DNA from: Eledone cirrhosa
Lineage: Eukaryota
Reading direction: 5' to 3'
Length of the DNA: 64,000 bases
Assembly: GCA_964016885.1 (NCBI GenBank)
Contig: OZ024740.1
Coordinates: 212,226,001 to 212,290,000 of the forward strand
Part shown: positions 62,201 through 64,000 of the stretch, piece by piece
How positions within the stretch are numbered: the stretch's first letter is position 1
How the letters are laid out: every line of letters starts with the position of its first letter
Position numbers and translations under genes: made by a program
Notes under the pieces: generated by a model
What the model saw: only the letters and a program-made list of their open reading frames with translations
Database searches by the model: none
Told to the model about the DNA's origin: nothing

Positions 62201-63052
62201 CCATGAGGGTGCACACATTCCATGCACCAAGAATCAAGTTCTTCTTTCTATTATGTTGGTTTTGACCACTTGGAAGGGTAAATCCGCCAGCCGCGGTAGA
62301 CTGGCCGGCTTTGTGTGGGACGAGCATTTGGTTAGGGCTCCTTTTATCGCCCCCCTCCCCTCGTGCGAGGGTGAGCAGTGCTCTTCTGAAAAGGGCTGCT
62401 CAGTCGCCTGGTGGAACGCCTGATCTCCTCTGTCATCCCAGGGTCAGGAGGAGAACGACTTGCGCATCCAGGCCACCAATGTGTGGGTTTGAGACTGGCA
62501 ACTCCCAGAGGTTACCTCCACCTGTTACCTCCACCTCTCGCCCATCGCCGCAGGGCTTTGGGAGTGCACGCTATAGAAGAAACCTGTGCGGGAAAGGTTT
62601 ATAGTGGGAGGGCCAGTGCACAATAACGGTCCCACTCACTTGGCCACAGAAGCCAGAATCCGGTGGTACGGAGGACCGTCACGACCATGGATTTCCTTGG
62701 CTGCATGGCTGCAATGGATGGCCATGATATCTGTAGTACCTTGCCGTGCCCTAGTGCTCCACACCACTTGCTGTTTGGACCTTCGTGACCATTGGGATGA
62801 TGTTGTCCTCCTCCACTCACTCTGCAGGGTCCATTCTTCGCATGCAGGGGTAGGCATCCCCTATCTAACTCACCGGGGGGTTTCAGACCCGTCCGGCTAC
62901 CCTCAACCTTGTTCGGCCCGCCAGCCAAGGCGGTTTACCGGGGTGTGGCCGCTGTCGTGGGACCCAATGCAGGACGAGCTGTGCTGAAAAGGGCATGGCT
63001 ATCCCCCCCCCCCTACAGAGGTACATGCCCCTCTCTGACACCCCAGGCATAT
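59234..63052 (-). mobile_element. Near full-length decayed BovB-like RTE LINE (5' UTR, APE with internal deletion, RT, C2H2 finger)
   Basis: LGAWNV, SETR, VSAYAPT, HPRSKQW.LIDF, TDHRLV, NYQGISLLS, AQCGF, IDLTKAFDTV, GVKQGCVLAPVLF, LFADD, YLGS, LLYGCETW, LMYGEL, CPHCPRTCKSRISLHSH. 3' hairpin CATCGTTTACGATG. Confidence 0.95.
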
Positions 63053-63107
63053 ACACCCATATATACATACACATACATATGTACATGTGTATATACATGT
63101 TTACACA

Positions 63108-63302
63108 TTTTTGGATGGCCGTTGACTCTTATCACTTCTTCCGCCCTTTGTCAAGTTTTGCTTTTTGTGCTGCAGGGTGTCCAAAATCACCCTCCTCACC
63201 AAGTAAACTTGGTGGGGTTGCCAGTTTAGTCACCGACGACCCGACCATGCGACAGGCTGTACTGGTTTACATGCTAACAGTAGCACTCAAGAGTGACCTG
63301 AC
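63108..63302 (-). mobile_element. Isolated structured 5'-UTR segment homologous to 12010-12200
   Basis: CAGGTCAC...CATGGTCGGGTCG..GACTAAACTGGCAACCCCACCAAG..CTTGGTGAGGAGGGTGA is shared between the two copies. Confidence 0.75.
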
Positions 63303-64000
63303 ACCATTTATATATATATATAATCATTAAAACACCAAAGAGAACTGCTATAAAATGCAACCTCGTAGGAAGCTAGCATTTCATTTTTATATTTCAAGTA
63401 GGACATCATCATCATTATCATCAACATCATCATCATTATCATCATCAAGATGATGATGATCATCATCAGCATTGCCATTTTACATCTGTTTTTCCATGCT
63501 TCCATGTGTTGGGTCGGTCTTTACCAGTACATCTCCCTCACTCAATGCAGTCCTTTATGAACTCAACTGTGGAGATTCAGTGACTTGTGATCAGCCTTCA
63601 CAATCATTACCCAGGTCTTTCTTCACCTATTTCTACTGTTTCTTTTTCACCCATCGATCACAAACCACATTACAGCATGGACTGAGTGTATTTCATCATG
63701 CCACCAGCACTAGAGAGGTTGTCTGACTCAACTGAAGATTCCTCACTACCTTGTGTCAGTTTTAGTTTATAGTGATTGCTCTCTTAGATAGGTTGCTTTT
63801 GGAGCCCATCTCAACAGCATGTAGTCTTATTTATTTGGAGGGACTGCTCTCCTAGATGGGCTGCTTTGTTCATGGCTTACAGAGCTCACATCTATTGTAG
63901 GCATGTTGGGCAGTACTGAGATAGCTACATTGATTGCATGGCAGCTATATGACTCAAGAAAAGAAGGATCAAAGAATTCAATGAATTCAACCTAGAATTC

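Overview
Eukaryotic repeat-dense DNA with no recognisable host gene. It is most likely cephalopod (octopus-like), judging by the SINE types and the sea of (TA)n/(TATG)n/(CA)n tracts; that assignment is inference. Almost all ORFs in the supplied track are microsatellite artefacts. Real coding relics are several decayed RTE-clade LINEs, four Penelope-like element (PLE) fragments (three Naiad-type), a decayed Helitron with clean termini, a deleted mariner and a short CRE-like tail. The main result is non-coding. Between 9.2 and 38.8 kb I can fold about 23 type-I hammerhead ribozyme (HHR) motifs from 8 sequence families. Three families are ORF-less, near-identical tandem arrays (312, 317 and 531 bp monomers) resembling retrozymes or circular-RNA replicons. 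Each array sits in a (TA)n tract as a head-to-head inverted pair. They are nested, together with a Naiad PLE, inside an 18-kb palindromic scaffold at 15.25-33.63 kb. Besides the HHR, the three monomers share a second structured RNA domain: an enclosing helix, two hairpins (UUCG versus GCAA tetraloop), a putative pseudoknot and an AU-repeat loop. All array ends map to this domain. I do not recognise it from known RNA families. It is a candidate PLE-RT recognition/priming module with a telomerase-RNA-like layout. All folds were done by eye and no database searches were run.
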